A program made the position numbers and the translations under genes. This document shows positions 12,701-25,000 of a DNA stretch of 64,000 nt, piece by piece. The notes under the pieces were generated by a model, which saw only the letters and a list, made by a program, of their open reading frames with translations, did no database searches and was not told where the DNA came from. Every line of letters begins with the position of its first letter. Position 1 is the first letter of the stretch. The stretch comes from Phoronis australis (lineage: Eukaryota; Animalia; Phoronida): the NCBI GenBank assembly GCA_002633005.1, contig NMRA01000742.1, positions 106,281-170,280 on the forward strand, in the 5' to 3' direction.

Positions 12701-15700
12701 TGGAAAACGCTAGAAGATGATCACCACTGACGTCTTTGCAAGAGAAGGCTGAAAAGTTGTATTATTGTGATCCGAATTCACCATTCCCTCGTCGTAAAGG
12801 AACATTTCTCTTCTCAAGTGTCTAACGCTACGGAACCTGCCAGAAATTCAAAATGAACGCGCTATGAGGAGCGACTCTTTGCAAGGACATGAACGACTTT
12901 TATACCGACCCCCATGACACTGACGTCAAACCAACAAAAGTGCAGTGAAGAATCAGTCAATAAAAGAGCAGTCATCAAATCAGAAAATATCGAATAACTT
13001 GAGACCGATAAGTCGTAGCGAGAAACCGATTTACAAGAAAGGTATTTTTAACGTTTATTTATATTCCAAATATCTGAAGATTACCTCAAACGGTCACGAA
13101 GCTAAAATTCCGCAAACGATTATTCCAAAAAGCTATCACAACGCCATTTTGTGTTCGATTTCGCTCCGAAAAGAGAAACTTTTTGTAAACTTTTTTCAGC
13201 ATTTTGCAAGATCTGTAATTTACGTAATGCTATGAAATTTCAGACATATTAGTCAAAGGAGGCAAGAACTACGTCACTAGACGCCAAAAAATAATACTAC
13301 AGTGTCGCAAATCTCAAACAACTCAAAATGGTCCTAGCGAGAAAAGGATTACACATTCTCGATAGCGCTTGACAAGACCTCGACACATGCAATTTTTCAT
13401 AAAAAGTCGTCAAAAGACCGCCGATTTAGATTTCCGCAAAGGTTGACTTCGTGAACTGCCCCCACAGCGCCACCTTTGGTCCGATTTAGAAGAAATCATC
13501 AGACCCCGAGTATATACGTTGTGTGTGAATGTCATGTCAGTCGGTAACTCAACCGTTATCCGGCAACTGAACGGCAAGCCGCGGCAAGTATAAAATGACA
13601 CACGTAGATTTGAACACAACGAAAATGTAAGCTCCAAGGTAACGATACGACACGTGTCAATCAAGCAAAAATACGTTTGGATTACTCTGACACATGCAAT
13701 GGATAATGCTATTTTTACAACTACCCGGCATACCAGAAAAACTCGGATTTATACAGAGGTATCGAACTTGTCATAAATTTCGTAAATAACTCAAAAACAA
13801 AACATTGAATAAAAAACTGAAAACATATTATGAAAGCTCATCTCAATATCTAAAATTTCACATCTTTAATAAAAAAGATTCAAATATCTTGAAAACTAGA
13901 AGTTTTAAGTAAAAATCGCTACAATTCATCTAGTAGAGTATTTCATAGAGAATTCATCGACCAGTTTTTGTGATGTTTGTTCAAACAGTTTATGAGACAC
14001 CTCCTCGTCAAAACCAAAATGCCAAATGGCTTCCAGAGGTGCCTTCTTGAATGTAATTTCACGTGAAAATCAACAAATGTGCACAAGCACAATCATCAGG
14101 GAAAAAATATTCCCAAACTATTGCATACATATTCCGACATCTGTCGGAGAAAATAACTGAAGGCCTCTTGATAAGAAGGTTCCAATATTCGCTATCTTGG
14201 AAACGGTGAGAGATTGAAACTTCGCATATCAATAGCAAGTGTGTTGTTTTATATAAGTGACAAGTTTGAGTGCAGTGTGAGAAGCGTTCACGTGCGATTT
14301 TGGTAGCAAAATGACCGTCACGTCTGCCATCTTGAATCTGATCACGACAAAAAGCCAAGAAGCCTGTTTTATGTAAATTCCCTGTTGATTGGACGAAGAA
14401 ATGACCTGTAGCGTATGAACAAGAAAAAAATCATGATAAAGCAACAGACTTGGCTCTCCCGAAATAATAAAATCTGAGTATTTTCAAAGATATCATGTTG
14501 AAAGAGTATAATTTGAGCATGACGATTGACAAAATTAGTTTCTGTTCGAACATATAATGTTTTCAGAAGCCCGAAGCGGAAGTGTTACTTTAATGTTCCT
14601 CGCAATGGGCTTGAAGATCCCCTTTCTCATTTGCCTGTGTGATATACTTGTCATAAGGTACAAGTTTAATGACCTTCACACCGTAACAGTCTACATACGC
14701 ATAAAAGTTGTATACGTACATTTTTATACTCCAAAAGTAATCAGTGGATCGAATAATTGCGCACCAATGCCTAAAAATTGCTACAAGATCGTATTTCGAG
14801 AGTGAAAAATGCCATCGAGTCTAATATTGTGGTTATCTTAACGAACCACTGAATGTTAGGTCAACGAGGGTAAGATTTCAGTTACATATAGGTTGTCTTA
14901 TATTATATCATATCAAAGTCGAGGTTTCAAATTTGTGAGTGAGCTTGTGGTTCTTACCAACCACCGTGTCGTCAAAATCGCCAACAGAAACCACTCTTGT
15001 TCCTATTAATAGTAGGAAGGGGCAGAACACATGTGCGTCCTACAAATTTATCAATTATCCAGAGTCAAAACGACTTGGATTGTAATTTTTTAGATAATTT
15101 GTTTTCTGTCGTTTTGGCAAATGTTGAGACCCTTTCCAACAAAAGCCTCCCTTCCGCACGCATGCGCAGTGTCTTCGAAATCTGGACAGACATAGCGAGT
15201 TCGAAAACAGTGATGTAATTTGATAAGAGTTGCAGTTCACAGACAAATCAAACATTGCATTCAGCGCCACTAGCAGTTCCGTGGACCCCTTACACTAGAC
15301 TGTTTAATTAATGTTTGTTCAATCCACTGGTAAAACGCAGTTCACGAGAAATTTTCTGCGGGTTTAGTCACAACGTTAATAAATATCAGGTTGAATAAAA
15401 AGGTCATGCAGTAATGAAATTTTAAGACACGTCATATTGCGTTTACAGGTAATCGTTAACCTTCGTATAGTCCTCTCAAGAATCGTCAAATAATTTTTAA
15501 CTGGCTATTGTCTACCCATAAACACATATACTGGCTGAAACATCGATGTCGTGTTGCTTTGATTATGAATTTAAATCGACAGAAATGACTCTTGTTAGTT
15601 ACGGAAACCACGCGATTAATTTTATTCTCAAGTTTGTCACTTGTCACGAATTCATTAAAAAAAGAACAAATCGCAAACTCGAAGGACATATTATGAAAAC

Positions 15701-18257
15701 TAACACTCACAATCATATCTGAGCAATAACGTTACTTACACTGAAAACGTCTTATGGGCATTCTTACGAAACCACCTTAAGGTAATTGTCATCTTTCGTA
15801 CGTTTCATCCACACGCTTTTTAATGTATTCATTCTCAACGCATATTTATCGATTCCCGATTAACAACGAGTATTTGTTTGGCGTTCAGTAACTGTTGCTT
15901 TTTTGGAAATACCTGTCTCGCATTACAGCGGTTTCGAACACCGGCTTTCAACGCGTGGCTAGATTCGCACAAAATTTCTATAGCCACTGTTTTTTAAACT
16001 GTTTCGTTGATTTTTAATCTAGCTGCAAACAAAGGAGTTCACGAGTGTTGAGCACGAATTGGTGGCGATATTAATTTGTTACCTAAGGAGGGGATGGAAG
16101 ATAATTACTTTGTAAACACGAACATGTAGAGTGTAAAAAGATGCATTGTAAACTGAGTTTTCTTACCGTTTAGCTGTCCCAGAGAAAAAATTAAATTTTA
16201 ATAATATGATGTTCACATGACTTCGACTCACTTGATAGTTCCACGCCACGGTCCAACATCGTTATGGGGGAGGGGGGGGGGGGGNGGGGGGGGGAGGTGA
16301 AGAGGAAGCGCTTTTGCCTGATTGGTTTAAGTTACAGAGATTGAGCGAAAACGAAAACAAATTATTTTAAGTGACATGACCGGTGAGATACGTGATTTAC
16401 TGAAGACAGCCCTAAATGATAGAGCTTACCATGTGTATCTACCTACCGGACTCACCGGCTTTGATTTCAGCAAATGTCTCGCAGGTATGGGCGAGAATTG
16501 TCATCTTGTAACAAAAGCACAACGGATACTATTGTATTAAAGCTCCAAAGCTAATCACTTAAAAAATTCTATCCCACCTAACACCAATCCCAAAAATTCG
16601 TTTTTTTGGCCGTAAATACCATAATGTCCCTACAACCAGAGTAATTGAAAAATGTCAATTTTACGGAACCTCGACCCTGCATGCTGGACTCAATTTGTAG
16701 AACAATATGTGAGTCTAGTGATTTTCACAGCATTAATTTAAATTACTACAAGAATTGCGCTGTCAAATGTAATGGCTTCAAACCTTATTAGCAAAATAAG
16801 CTACAAGATTGCGCCATTTGATTCATTTATTTATTTATTAGGATTAATGTTTATGCTTATTTTCATTTCTAGAGAACAAAAGTGCGTCTTATTTCATACT
16901 TATGTATGTTAATGTAGATTTTGGTAGAATAATATGTCAATTGGTTTTAGCCGGGACTTGTAAAAGTCTGTGGCGACATAATCTTTGTAAAGGTCGTACG
17001 AGATCTAAAATTTTGTCTAAAATCTGAGCACAATATGGATTTAATGTCTTCGTCCCATAACTATGGCTTCAAAGTGCATTTACGAAATAACAATTGTTAA
17101 ATGTCAAAGTGGGCATAAATTGATGCGATTACACACCGCGTTGACTAAAGCAAACAATATAGTTTGGTTCAAGTATATATCTATGGAAATCTGTGGTACG
17201 CTGATAAGCTATGCAGGGTGACATAATTCTTGATATAAAAGAATACAGTCAAAAAATGAAAGGTCAGCATGTGATTTTGGAATACTATGATTTACCAGTT
17301 GGTATTCGTCTGAAATGATTTCATATAAGCGCACGACCATGACCTAAAAAGTGTAACGTGTTCACCTAGAGGTTGTCTAAGAAATTTAACGTGCTGGTCA
17401 CACATGAGCCGAACCCGCAGATTGAATTCCGTGTCCCGATACTTAGCAGGACGAGGCGATTTTTCTTCTGATCAGTACCAGGAATTAGGGATTCTTGACG
17501 CCAGCGCCCGGCCTGCGCTTCCGACACTAGTGATATTGTCCGCCGGTGGGACCATGTTGCTGCCACAGACTCATCGTATTGGCGTCGGAAGTTTTATACC
17601 CAGGCCTTTTGGATTTACTTAGAATAGATCAAAAATAATTATATCAGTCTTGAATCTAAGCAAATACTTTTATTTAGGAAATTATTATGATGGATAAGTC
17701 GTGTAACTGGAAATCATCAATCTAACATTCATTTCTAAACGTGAGCTAACCTGTCCATCAAAAGGTTCACAGACGTATTGGCGTCAATTACGGACTTTTT
17801 ATTTTTGTTGAAACAGTGTGTAAGTCTTAGATATACAGAAAACAAAAGAACATCGTTTTAATATTTATTTTAGTGTGTCATCGCCACTTGCAACGTAAGG
17901 TCGTGCTTTGGAAGTGTCTGACGCTAAAAACAGTAGTTGCTGAGGTTAACAGACTAACTAAAAAAAAGAGTCAGACTGGAATGGCACACTATCATGTTGG
18001 CCGATCAACAACGTTGGGAAACTTGCAGAACCACAATTTCGAAGTTGAAAAATCGATAACAAACTCACTCTTGGAATAATTGTCTATTATCACCTGTTTA
18101 TTTTACTAACCTGCTCAGCCGTTCGGTTGTGCAAAATGTCTTCAATTGTTGACTTTGACATGTATCCATCAACTTGGGGTTCCACCGCGTCTGTGGGCCA
18201 ACACAGACTCGTAAAACAAGCTAGTGACAAGCAAAAAATTGGGCAAAGTTGCCTCAT
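627..18257 (-). CDS. Astacin-family (M12A) zinc metalloprotease, signal peptide-prodomain-astacin-EGF-CUB (blastula protease 10/SpAN-like architecture); whole-gene span, about 450 aa
   Basis: Exons 18257-18111, 8972-8901, 8552-8468, 7880-7751, 6962-6878, 5873-5679, 5029-4903, 4226-4104, 3252-3146, 1780-1665 and 792-627 (or 792-653) splice in frame with GT-AG boundaries. The product has HEICHVLGFIHE (HExxHxxGxxH), the SIMHY Met-turn, a RRRKRK furin site, EGF cysteines and CUB CGG...CVW motifs. The last exon either reads through to TAA at 627-629 (AATAAA at 607-612) or splices at 653 to exons outside or unrecognised in the window. Confidence 0.88.
1665..1780 (-). CDS. Astacin gene exon 10 (CUB, GPGLLRVHFTQFDIE...SVEVRFNLLGQEAP)
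   Basis: ttccag acceptor, gtaagt donor, in frame; CUB-type 'l.F..F.ie' pattern. Confidence 0.8.
2417..2490 (-). mobile_element. tRNA-derived SINE head or tRNA pseudogene
   Basis: Minus strand reads GGATTAGAGCGTCTGCA...CCTGGGTTCGAAACCCG, with a B-box and a degenerate D-arm; no complete cloverleaf is visible. Confidence 0.45.
2725..2794. mobile_element. 70-bp MITE (family C)
   Basis: Perfect 12-bp TIR CATGGGCGGCGC...GCGCCGCCCATG, flanked by the 5-bp direct repeat AATAC. Confidence 0.8.
3146..3252 (-). CDS. Astacin gene exon 9 (CUB start, DCGGVIEL...RTCVWLLK)
   Basis: CGG and C-x-W CUB hallmarks; phase 1 in, phase 0 out. Confidence 0.82.
3325..3580 (+). mobile_element. About 260-bp MITE (family A)
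   Basis: CATGCGCG...CGCGCATG ends, TSD TGTTT; homologous to 29252, 38871, 61115 and 62145. Confidence 0.85.
4104..4226 (-). CDS. Astacin gene exon 8 (EGF-like, CMMDCQNEGY...CVCVCPPYLTGEFC)
   Basis: Six-cysteine EGF pattern; symmetric phase-1 exon; gtaagt donor. Confidence 0.88.
4903..5029 (-). CDS. Astacin gene exon 7 (AFASGSG...GQRKDLTFYDAKTINVLYSC)
   Basis: Astacin C-terminal GQR..L...D...IN.LY.C motif; tttcag/gtgag sites. Confidence 0.9.
5679..5873 (-). CDS. Astacin gene exon 6 (zinc-binding motif and Met-turn)
   Basis: PGIILHEICHVLGFIHEHSRNDRD...PYDLGSIMHY; tttcag/gtaagt. Confidence 0.95.
6878..6962 (-). CDS. Astacin gene exon 5 (CITEIGMIGSSTQTIRL...C)
   Basis: Matches the astacin 'C.S.vG....Q.isL...C' segment; phases are consistent. 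Confidence 0.85.
7751..7880 (-). CDS. Astacin gene exon 4 (IKEAIGLLEDKTCIKF)
   Basis: Astacin 'I..A...e..TCI.F' motif; ttacag/gtaag. Confidence 0.9.
8468..8552 (-). CDS. Astacin gene exon 3 (KRRRKRK|AHGRVWPNGIIPY)
   Basis: Furin-type site followed by the astacin WP.G.IPY motif; gtgagt donor. Confidence 0.9.
8901..8972 (-). CDS. Astacin gene exon 2 (prodomain, TKPIEHLFPDLKYRTSDINNGTIK)
   Basis: 72-nt phase-0 exon with ttccag/gtaagg sites; no strong homology support. Confidence 0.65.
9690..9935 (+). mobile_element. Decayed non-LTR retrotransposon RT fragment
   Basis: GVHQGDVSSP (RT QG..SP motif) followed by LLYADDITLL, with frameshifts. Confidence 0.7.
18111..18257 (-). CDS. Astacin gene exon 1 (signal peptide MRQLCPIFCLSLACFTSLCWPTDA...)
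   Basis: ATG in AAAATG context, hydrophobic signal peptide, cag|gttagt donor; linkage across the 9-kb intron is inferred. Confidence 0.65.
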
Positions 18258-19794
18258 TTTTAAAAAGATAAAGTTTAAGTTAAACTTCTGCGTTGATCGA
18301 TTGCGTTTGTTCAAATATGACAACAGGTTGAACAAACTGTTGAACGTTGTAGAGAGCGATCATCAATAAAGCTTTGCTCGTAACCAACAATATCAAGACT
18401 ATGCGCTCGAAGCCCGTGATTCGCGCATGCGTAGCCGATCAGTTCAGAGGTACACTGTTTTCTACGGTGGTACACCGGTGTACAAGTATACACATGTTGC
18501 AACAATCTATAACAGGCGTTCACGGTCGGTTGAATATCCGAACTTCACAATCGTAATAATATCGACAACGTTTTGTTGCAATAATAGTCATGTATGTAAC
18601 AATTGGTTCTGTACATTCAAACATGAATATATTTGCAGGTGTCACACCAGAATGTACATTATCAGGGACAATGTTGCGTATTTGAGATCAGATTCAAGAC
18701 GGATCCGCAGTCCAACGCTTTGCCAGTAGAACCTGGTAGAACTAATTTTCAACTGATAAGGTGATCGACTTCATTTTCCATTAAACCTGTATTCGACCTG
18801 TTTCGCTGGCTTTAATAAATTGTGGTTCTCATGATATCTCCCGTTACTAACTCCTGTCACAAACAATGCATACACGCGCCATGAGTGCCAATAAACTCTG
18901 CGTTTTCCTGAATCGATGATGGTTTTGATGTTCGTGTTGGCAATAGTAATAGACTACCAGCACTAAAAGGACACCTATTTTCCGAGAGTATAAAGACCTA
19001 ATTCGATTTCCCCTTTTAGCCAGCAAAATAGACTGAAGTGAAATTCAATCGAGTGACTGGAAGCCAACGTGTTTCATTAGCGACTTCTAATAAGATCACA
19101 AAACACAACGGCTTTTGCAGTCTTATAGCTCTTGTCAAGGCTAATAACTTCAAGATGTGTATGTACCCAACTGTAACCCCCAAAATGAGCTTTTCAGCCC
19201 TATCACCTATTGTGTCCCAAATATAAAACGCCAAGGCAATACGCTAATACGTGTAACTGTCTTTGAAAATCCCCACGGTACTGAAGAAAGAGTTAATTTT
19301 ACGGTTAGGGTTGAACTGTTGGTTTATAGCGCCCTACTCAGAAATACTATCACAGCTTGACGTGAGAACTTAGAAAGTGTACAATAGCACCGTTTGTGTT
19401 TGCACTAAGTTTTGTTGGTAAGAGAACTGTTCTCTAGACGCTTGTGCAAATACAATTGCAGTGCATTCCAAGAAACTGATGTTTGAATTGCAACTCGTTA
19501 CTCGACAACAAGCATTTGAGTATCGTTAAATTTATAGTAGAAAGAGTAAAACGATGCAACGACAGTGAGAGGGCACGACTAAAATAATGTAAATCCGGCT
19601 GAGCCCAATTGTAATGTTCAGTGACATCGAGATGACATCTGTTTTAAAAATACCTAACCACTTAACTGCTTGCAATGCTTATCCCAATATTTTATTATTT
19701 TTGCTATCAAAGAAAGGTGTTTTGGGGAATTCCTTCAACGACTTGTGGCTCGTGTGCGCGTGCACGCATGGTCACATGCATTCATTATAATAAT

Positions 19795-21093
19795 CAAGGG
19801 CGGATACAGGATTTTGAGTTAGGGGGGCCAGGATTTTGCCCGGGAGCTCGTACAAAAAACTCAGGAACTAATTAACCCACTTAAGCTTGTCTCTCGTCAT
19901 CTGAATTCTACACATTTAGAAGTTTTGTTCAAGTCCTTTGTACTTCCACACATTGATTATTGTGATATTATATATCAGTCTGCCAATACGGGTGCACTCC
20001 AACATTTGGAGAAGTTACAATATCAAGCCGCCTTACTCATAACCGGAGCTTACAGGGGATCCAATAGTGTTAAGGTTTTGAATAATCTCAAGTGGCCCAA
20101 ACTGTCTACTCGACGCAATCTTCACATGACCACATTTACGTTCAAGGTAATAAACAATGTCAACAACGTGTCTGTCAAAAAAATATTTGATCTATATATT
20201 AGACAAGGCCATCGTAGTGATTTGAGATTCTCCACCCCATATGCAATTCCTCCGTCGTTCAGTCAGGCATTCAGAAGGTCTACAGTCATGATGTGCATCA
20301 ACAACTGGAATTCTCTTCCAGTCTCTGTTAAGGAAAGCAACTCTTTTACGAGTATAAAAAATAATTTTAGAACTGTTTTTCATAATTTTGATAACTCAAC
20401 ACCCTTGACTCAATTCTCCCTTACCCGCGATAACGAAATAGCATTGTACAGATCAAGATGTGGCCTTTTCCTCAACTCTGACAAGTTCAGGCACAACTTT
20501 AGTAATGTATCTCCAAACTGTAAATGTGGTGACCATCAATCTTATCCTCATATTTTCTTCAAATGTCCCCTCATCGAATCCCTGAGAGACTCACTCTTTC
20601 GTGCACTCAATGATAACCAATCAGTTGTTAACGCTCTCAATTCTTGTAATAATATCCCTACTAGAGTTACATTATTACTGAATGGTAGTCCTAACCTTGA
20701 CTTTGTTCTTAACGAATTCCTCCTAAGCAACGTTAGCAAATTTTTATATACCGTTTATCAATATTGTTGCATCTGATTTCCCTACATGAATCTGTAAATA
20801 TTTTTGTTTTTATATATCTGTAATAGCATGTCTAAGTATTGGAATACTTATTTTAGATACTACTTAATTGTATATATCTCTATGTATATAAGTTTCATTT
20901 ATGAATTGTTTACAACCCAGATATAATGCTTCGCGGTTTCTGGGTTTGTTATTATTTCTTTGTATGTTCTGTGTATCCTTCAATAAATATATATCACAGT
21001 GGAATTTTGCCCGTTAGACATTCGCACCCCAGCACTGCCAAACGGAATCAGATAATTTTATGGGGGGGGGACCCTGTTATAAATCCGCCACTG
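19795..21093 (+). mobile_element. MITE family B copy interrupted by a LINE
   Basis: Left end CAAGGGCGGATACAGGATTTTGAGTTAGGG and right end AAATCCGCCACTG match 23077-23233 and 30375-30524. Confidence 0.75.
19843..21000 (+). mobile_element. 5'-truncated LINE (CR1/L2-group-like ORF2 C-terminus plus 3' UTR)
   Basis: Open frame about 19844-20776 with F(K)SFVLPHIDYCDIIY, LEKLQYQAALLITG, L.WPKLSTRR and CKCG...HIFFKCP; ends in AATAAA(TA)n; flanked by the direct repeat ATTTTGCCCG. Confidence 0.88.
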
Positions 21094-23076
21094 AACATTA
21101 TCGACACCATAAAAATATCAGTTAGAGAGAAAACAGTTTCATCTCTGTTTATCAAAGGCAAGATTCGTGAATCGTACGGCTGTTTATGCGGAAGTCGCAT
21201 GATCTTATAAAAACTTTCGCTTTTGTGCTTCCCCTGTTTTAAAATGTGAAGCTCTCGAAAACACGTGCTGTACAGGTGATCTATAAAAAGTTCCAGATCA
21301 GTTTTCATGTCGCTTAATTGTTTAGATTAAGCGTGTTTTCCGAATCTTGAATCAAAAACTTGTTGTTACAGTTAATTTAAAATCGAACACAATCGATTTC
21401 TGCATGTTCCCGAATGGATTAATTGGTTCTTAACAAACGATTTTCGTTACCAATACACAGTCTTATTGAGTAATTATTATTTTCAGATTGTGAGTGCAGT
21501 GTGAACAAAAGTGTCAGAGTCTTTGTAACATTTTAAGTATGGGATACTTCAGAAATGTGACAGACAACCGTAGGAGTACGAGACATGATGAAATGTCATT
21601 TGGTACAGTAATCAATAAATATGACCGTTGAAAAAACTGCTGCATAACAATTGAAAAATATGTTCGCTGCTCGGCATCAGTAAATGGCTACTAATCGATT
21701 TGTGGAATATCTATGTTGAAAGACGTATAAAGTCAATGAATCTAAGAACGGTCTCCGATTAAACGGTAGACAAGATTTTATGAGTTCCCACACGGTTTTG
21801 AACTATTTTTAATCTACCAACTAAACTTTTCCAAAAACAGTCGGCCTTAGTCCTACAACCACGGTTATTCTAGGGACACCGATGATTTTTTTCCACCATT
21901 GCAACTAATTAGTGGCTAGAAAGCATGGCTTAATAGATCGCAATTCCCCGAATTACACAGCGTTCTGATGTAGAAAAAAATCGGTTTTATTTGAATTTAA
22001 CTGTCTTGTTCACCAAACTCGGTTCCAGTAACATTAGACTGGAAGCTTAGATGCATTGTGCCAATTCAGGGCTGCAAGAAGGGGGCCGGGCATATATGTA
22101 CTCTCCTCAAGGATTTGCGGGCTTCAGGGATGAACTAAGGCCGAGGGGCAGTCCAGAGAAGAATCACAGCGAAACATGGACAAAAGAGAAAATTCAAGAA
22201 AAACTTTGTCAACCACCAGTGCTTGATTTACCTTTTAAGGGCTCTGGCTAGGACATCGACCTTACTTTTGCAGGATAGATCGTCTATTTACACTTGAAAA
22301 CGTGCACTTTATCATTTGTATAATAAATTTTCAAAGTGCAACTTCTGCAGAGCATTTTAATTCATTGGATTTTCAAATTCCACAAGACATTTTTAAGGAA
22401 TGTAAAACAGTATTTCTCTAAATGGATTATGGAGCCATCTGTCGCATCCCTTGTGTTTATTCTCCTGATTGTTTACAACTTGATAAAAAGTGAAAACCTG
22501 GCATATAGCTTTCACTTGCTGCTGATTTCCTTTATTCGAAAATTTACTTTCATTTCGTTTATTTGCACTCGAGGCCATGAGCCCATGGTACATATACAAC
22601 TTAGGAATCCGATGTTTTTATTGATTAGTTCATAAGGTGCCGCTCATGGAGAGAGTGCCCGTTGGTTTCTGGCTGGCATCTTTATGTAAATACTAAAATC
22701 GACATATTCATAGATATTTTTGACGATTAGGAGCTAAGCTGGTAAGAACTGGTTATGATTCAGTGACTTTAGTTGCAGGCTGAAGTAAAGAAAATCACCC
22801 GTTCCCTAAATAACAATATACACATAACGATATTTGCCCACCTGAAAAACAGTAAAAAAATGACATTAGAAAAGTTTTACAGTCTGCCTCCCCCGGGTTC
22901 ACCTCCACCTATGTCGTACACGATGGAGGGGGGGGGGGGGTCGATACAAAATTTTCAACATCGGGAGAATGTGAAAGGTGGTGGCAACGGGATATGATAT
23001 TTACCTTCTTACGGGTCTGCACCACGATAGTTATGTTTGTTGTGAGCCCATGATTTTCACAAACTCGAATTAAATG

Positions 23077-23233
23077 CAGAGGCGGATCCATGATTTTGAG
23101 TTAGGGAGGCCAGGGCAGAGTATTAGCCAGGGTTTTGCCAGTCAGACATTCGCACCCTTGAACTGCCAAATGGGATCTGGGAGAATTTTAGGGTGGCCAT
23201 TGCCCCTTTGGCCTCCCTCTAAATCCGCCACTG
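23077..23233 (+). mobile_element. MITE family B
   Basis: CAGAGGCGGATCC...AAATCCGCCACTG TIRs. Confidence 0.8.
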
Positions 23234-24569
23234 ATAATGACACTTTTTTCCGAACTGGCTTAGTGTATGCTTTGGAGGATGGGGAACGCAAACTATTTTT
23301 CGAACCTGAAATGAGGGACAGGTAGACATTGCAATGTGTACATGTACGTAAGACCGTTCTAACCGCATGAAATGCCAGCGTAACGCTGATTTTTTGAGAA
23401 CGAAACTTTACAGCTAACGTGGCTTCAATTGCATTGCGTATTCACGACTAACGACCCTCTCGCTTCATAAACAACGTCAATGTGCGATTGGAATAAGGGA
23501 CAATTGACTTAGTCACAACAAATCGCGGCACAAACTGCAGGATAAGTGATGATTCAACCATTTATGCGTGTATTCCAAAAATACTTGAAACATAAATGAC
23601 AAACAATTCATAATATTATGCACGCTTTAGACAACAGTATAACGTTACGTAGACGTCAGACTTCGCGAGATTTTGCCGTGCACTGCAAGCAGAGCAGGTG
23701 ATGACACCTAGCTCTACCCGAGAGATTCTTGCGTTTAAGGAACGCAGTCCTGTTCTAACGAAAAACGAGTATTTTGACTTCTCAGTCGATAACAGCATTC
23801 TAAAGAGCTGCCGTAAAGAAGCTTGTTATGTCTAATAACATTGGCAACAGGATAGACTTTATAACTAGGCCTACATAAAACAAATTGTATGATTACACAG
23901 CCAAAGTTGCCATTTTATCAAGTAACTATGAAATATGAAAATCCCATATGGTTTGAAAATGAATTAGTTCATTCAGCTTGAATATACACAGAGCACCTGC
24001 CAAATAAACCCTGATGACGAATTGTAACTCAAGGCTAAATTCAAGGACTAAATTAAAATTTGACAGTAGAACGTTCTAAAATTGATTTAAATGTATAGCA
24101 ATAAAATGATTCTCTTATCTGCTATAAATTTGTCGTATGACGAAAGGAAACTTTTGATTTGGACTGCTTACTGTTGCAAAACTGGTTTCGACTTGATCCT
24201 AACGGGATATTATAGGTATTATTGCCAAAACCCAGTTTTTGAATTATTTTTTTGGATGGGATAGGCTCTCTGGCTTCATTACCTTTTGCAACATCTATTC
24301 CAAAAACATCAAAATTAGTCGTGTTTTTGCAATTTATTCGCAAATCGCCAATTCTCGCAGCTGTCTGTCAGACATTCGTCAAAATCAAATTCGGTGTCTT
24401 TAATAATTGCATGCTCTGTCATTTATCGAGTGGGGTTTAACATCCACCAATAAAGCGCTAGACTGCTACCCCGAGGGTTGTACATGTAGCTTTGATTCAA
24501 CCCAGAGGCTGATGTCAGTACATCACTTTTCTCGCTGATATTGTCTCTTAAGCCTTACGTGCGGCTACG

Positions 24570-25000
24570 AACACCGAGCAAACGATTTTTTGCCATTTCA
24601 TCGAACCCTGGTTCCTCCCGGGATTGGGTACCTATCGGCCAGGTATAGATTCATGGGCCAGTGCAGTTTCTTTTGCAGATGAGATATGGCAAGCCTTTGA
24701 ATTGGAAACAAGGAAAACACTCGAGTCGTTGGTCTTGATCTAGAAGATGCTTACAATTCCGTTTAGCTTCCAAAACTTGCGGATTGCATGCTTCATCTCG
24801 GTATTCCTGTACGGAGCATTAAATGGGTGATGAGCGCCCTCTACAGCAGGCGATGGATACTAAAATATCGCACGTGGCATTCAAAATGTGTATCTGTCAA
24901 CACAGGCTTACCTCAAGGTTCACCTCTGTCCCCAGTACTGTTCAATATCTACACCCTCCCACTCGCCAGACTGAATCACGCCGACTGCCGACTCCGTACC
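24570..25000 (+). mobile_element. Decayed LINE RT fragment
   Basis: LDLEDAY and TGLPQGSPLSPVLFNIYT motifs, with stops and frameshifts; truncated before YADD. Confidence 0.8.

Noticed and set aside
16266-16298. Poly-G tract as a G-quadruplex element
   Set aside because: It contains an N, so its length and sequence are unreliable.
16455-16505. Extra astacin prodomain exon (MTILAHTCETFAEIKA)
   Set aside because: Weak acceptor, and its phase-1 exit does not fit the next recognised phase-0 exon.
19925-20776. 283-aa ORF as a host gene
   Set aside because: It carries LINE ORF2 C-terminal motifs, is 5'-truncated and has a target duplication.
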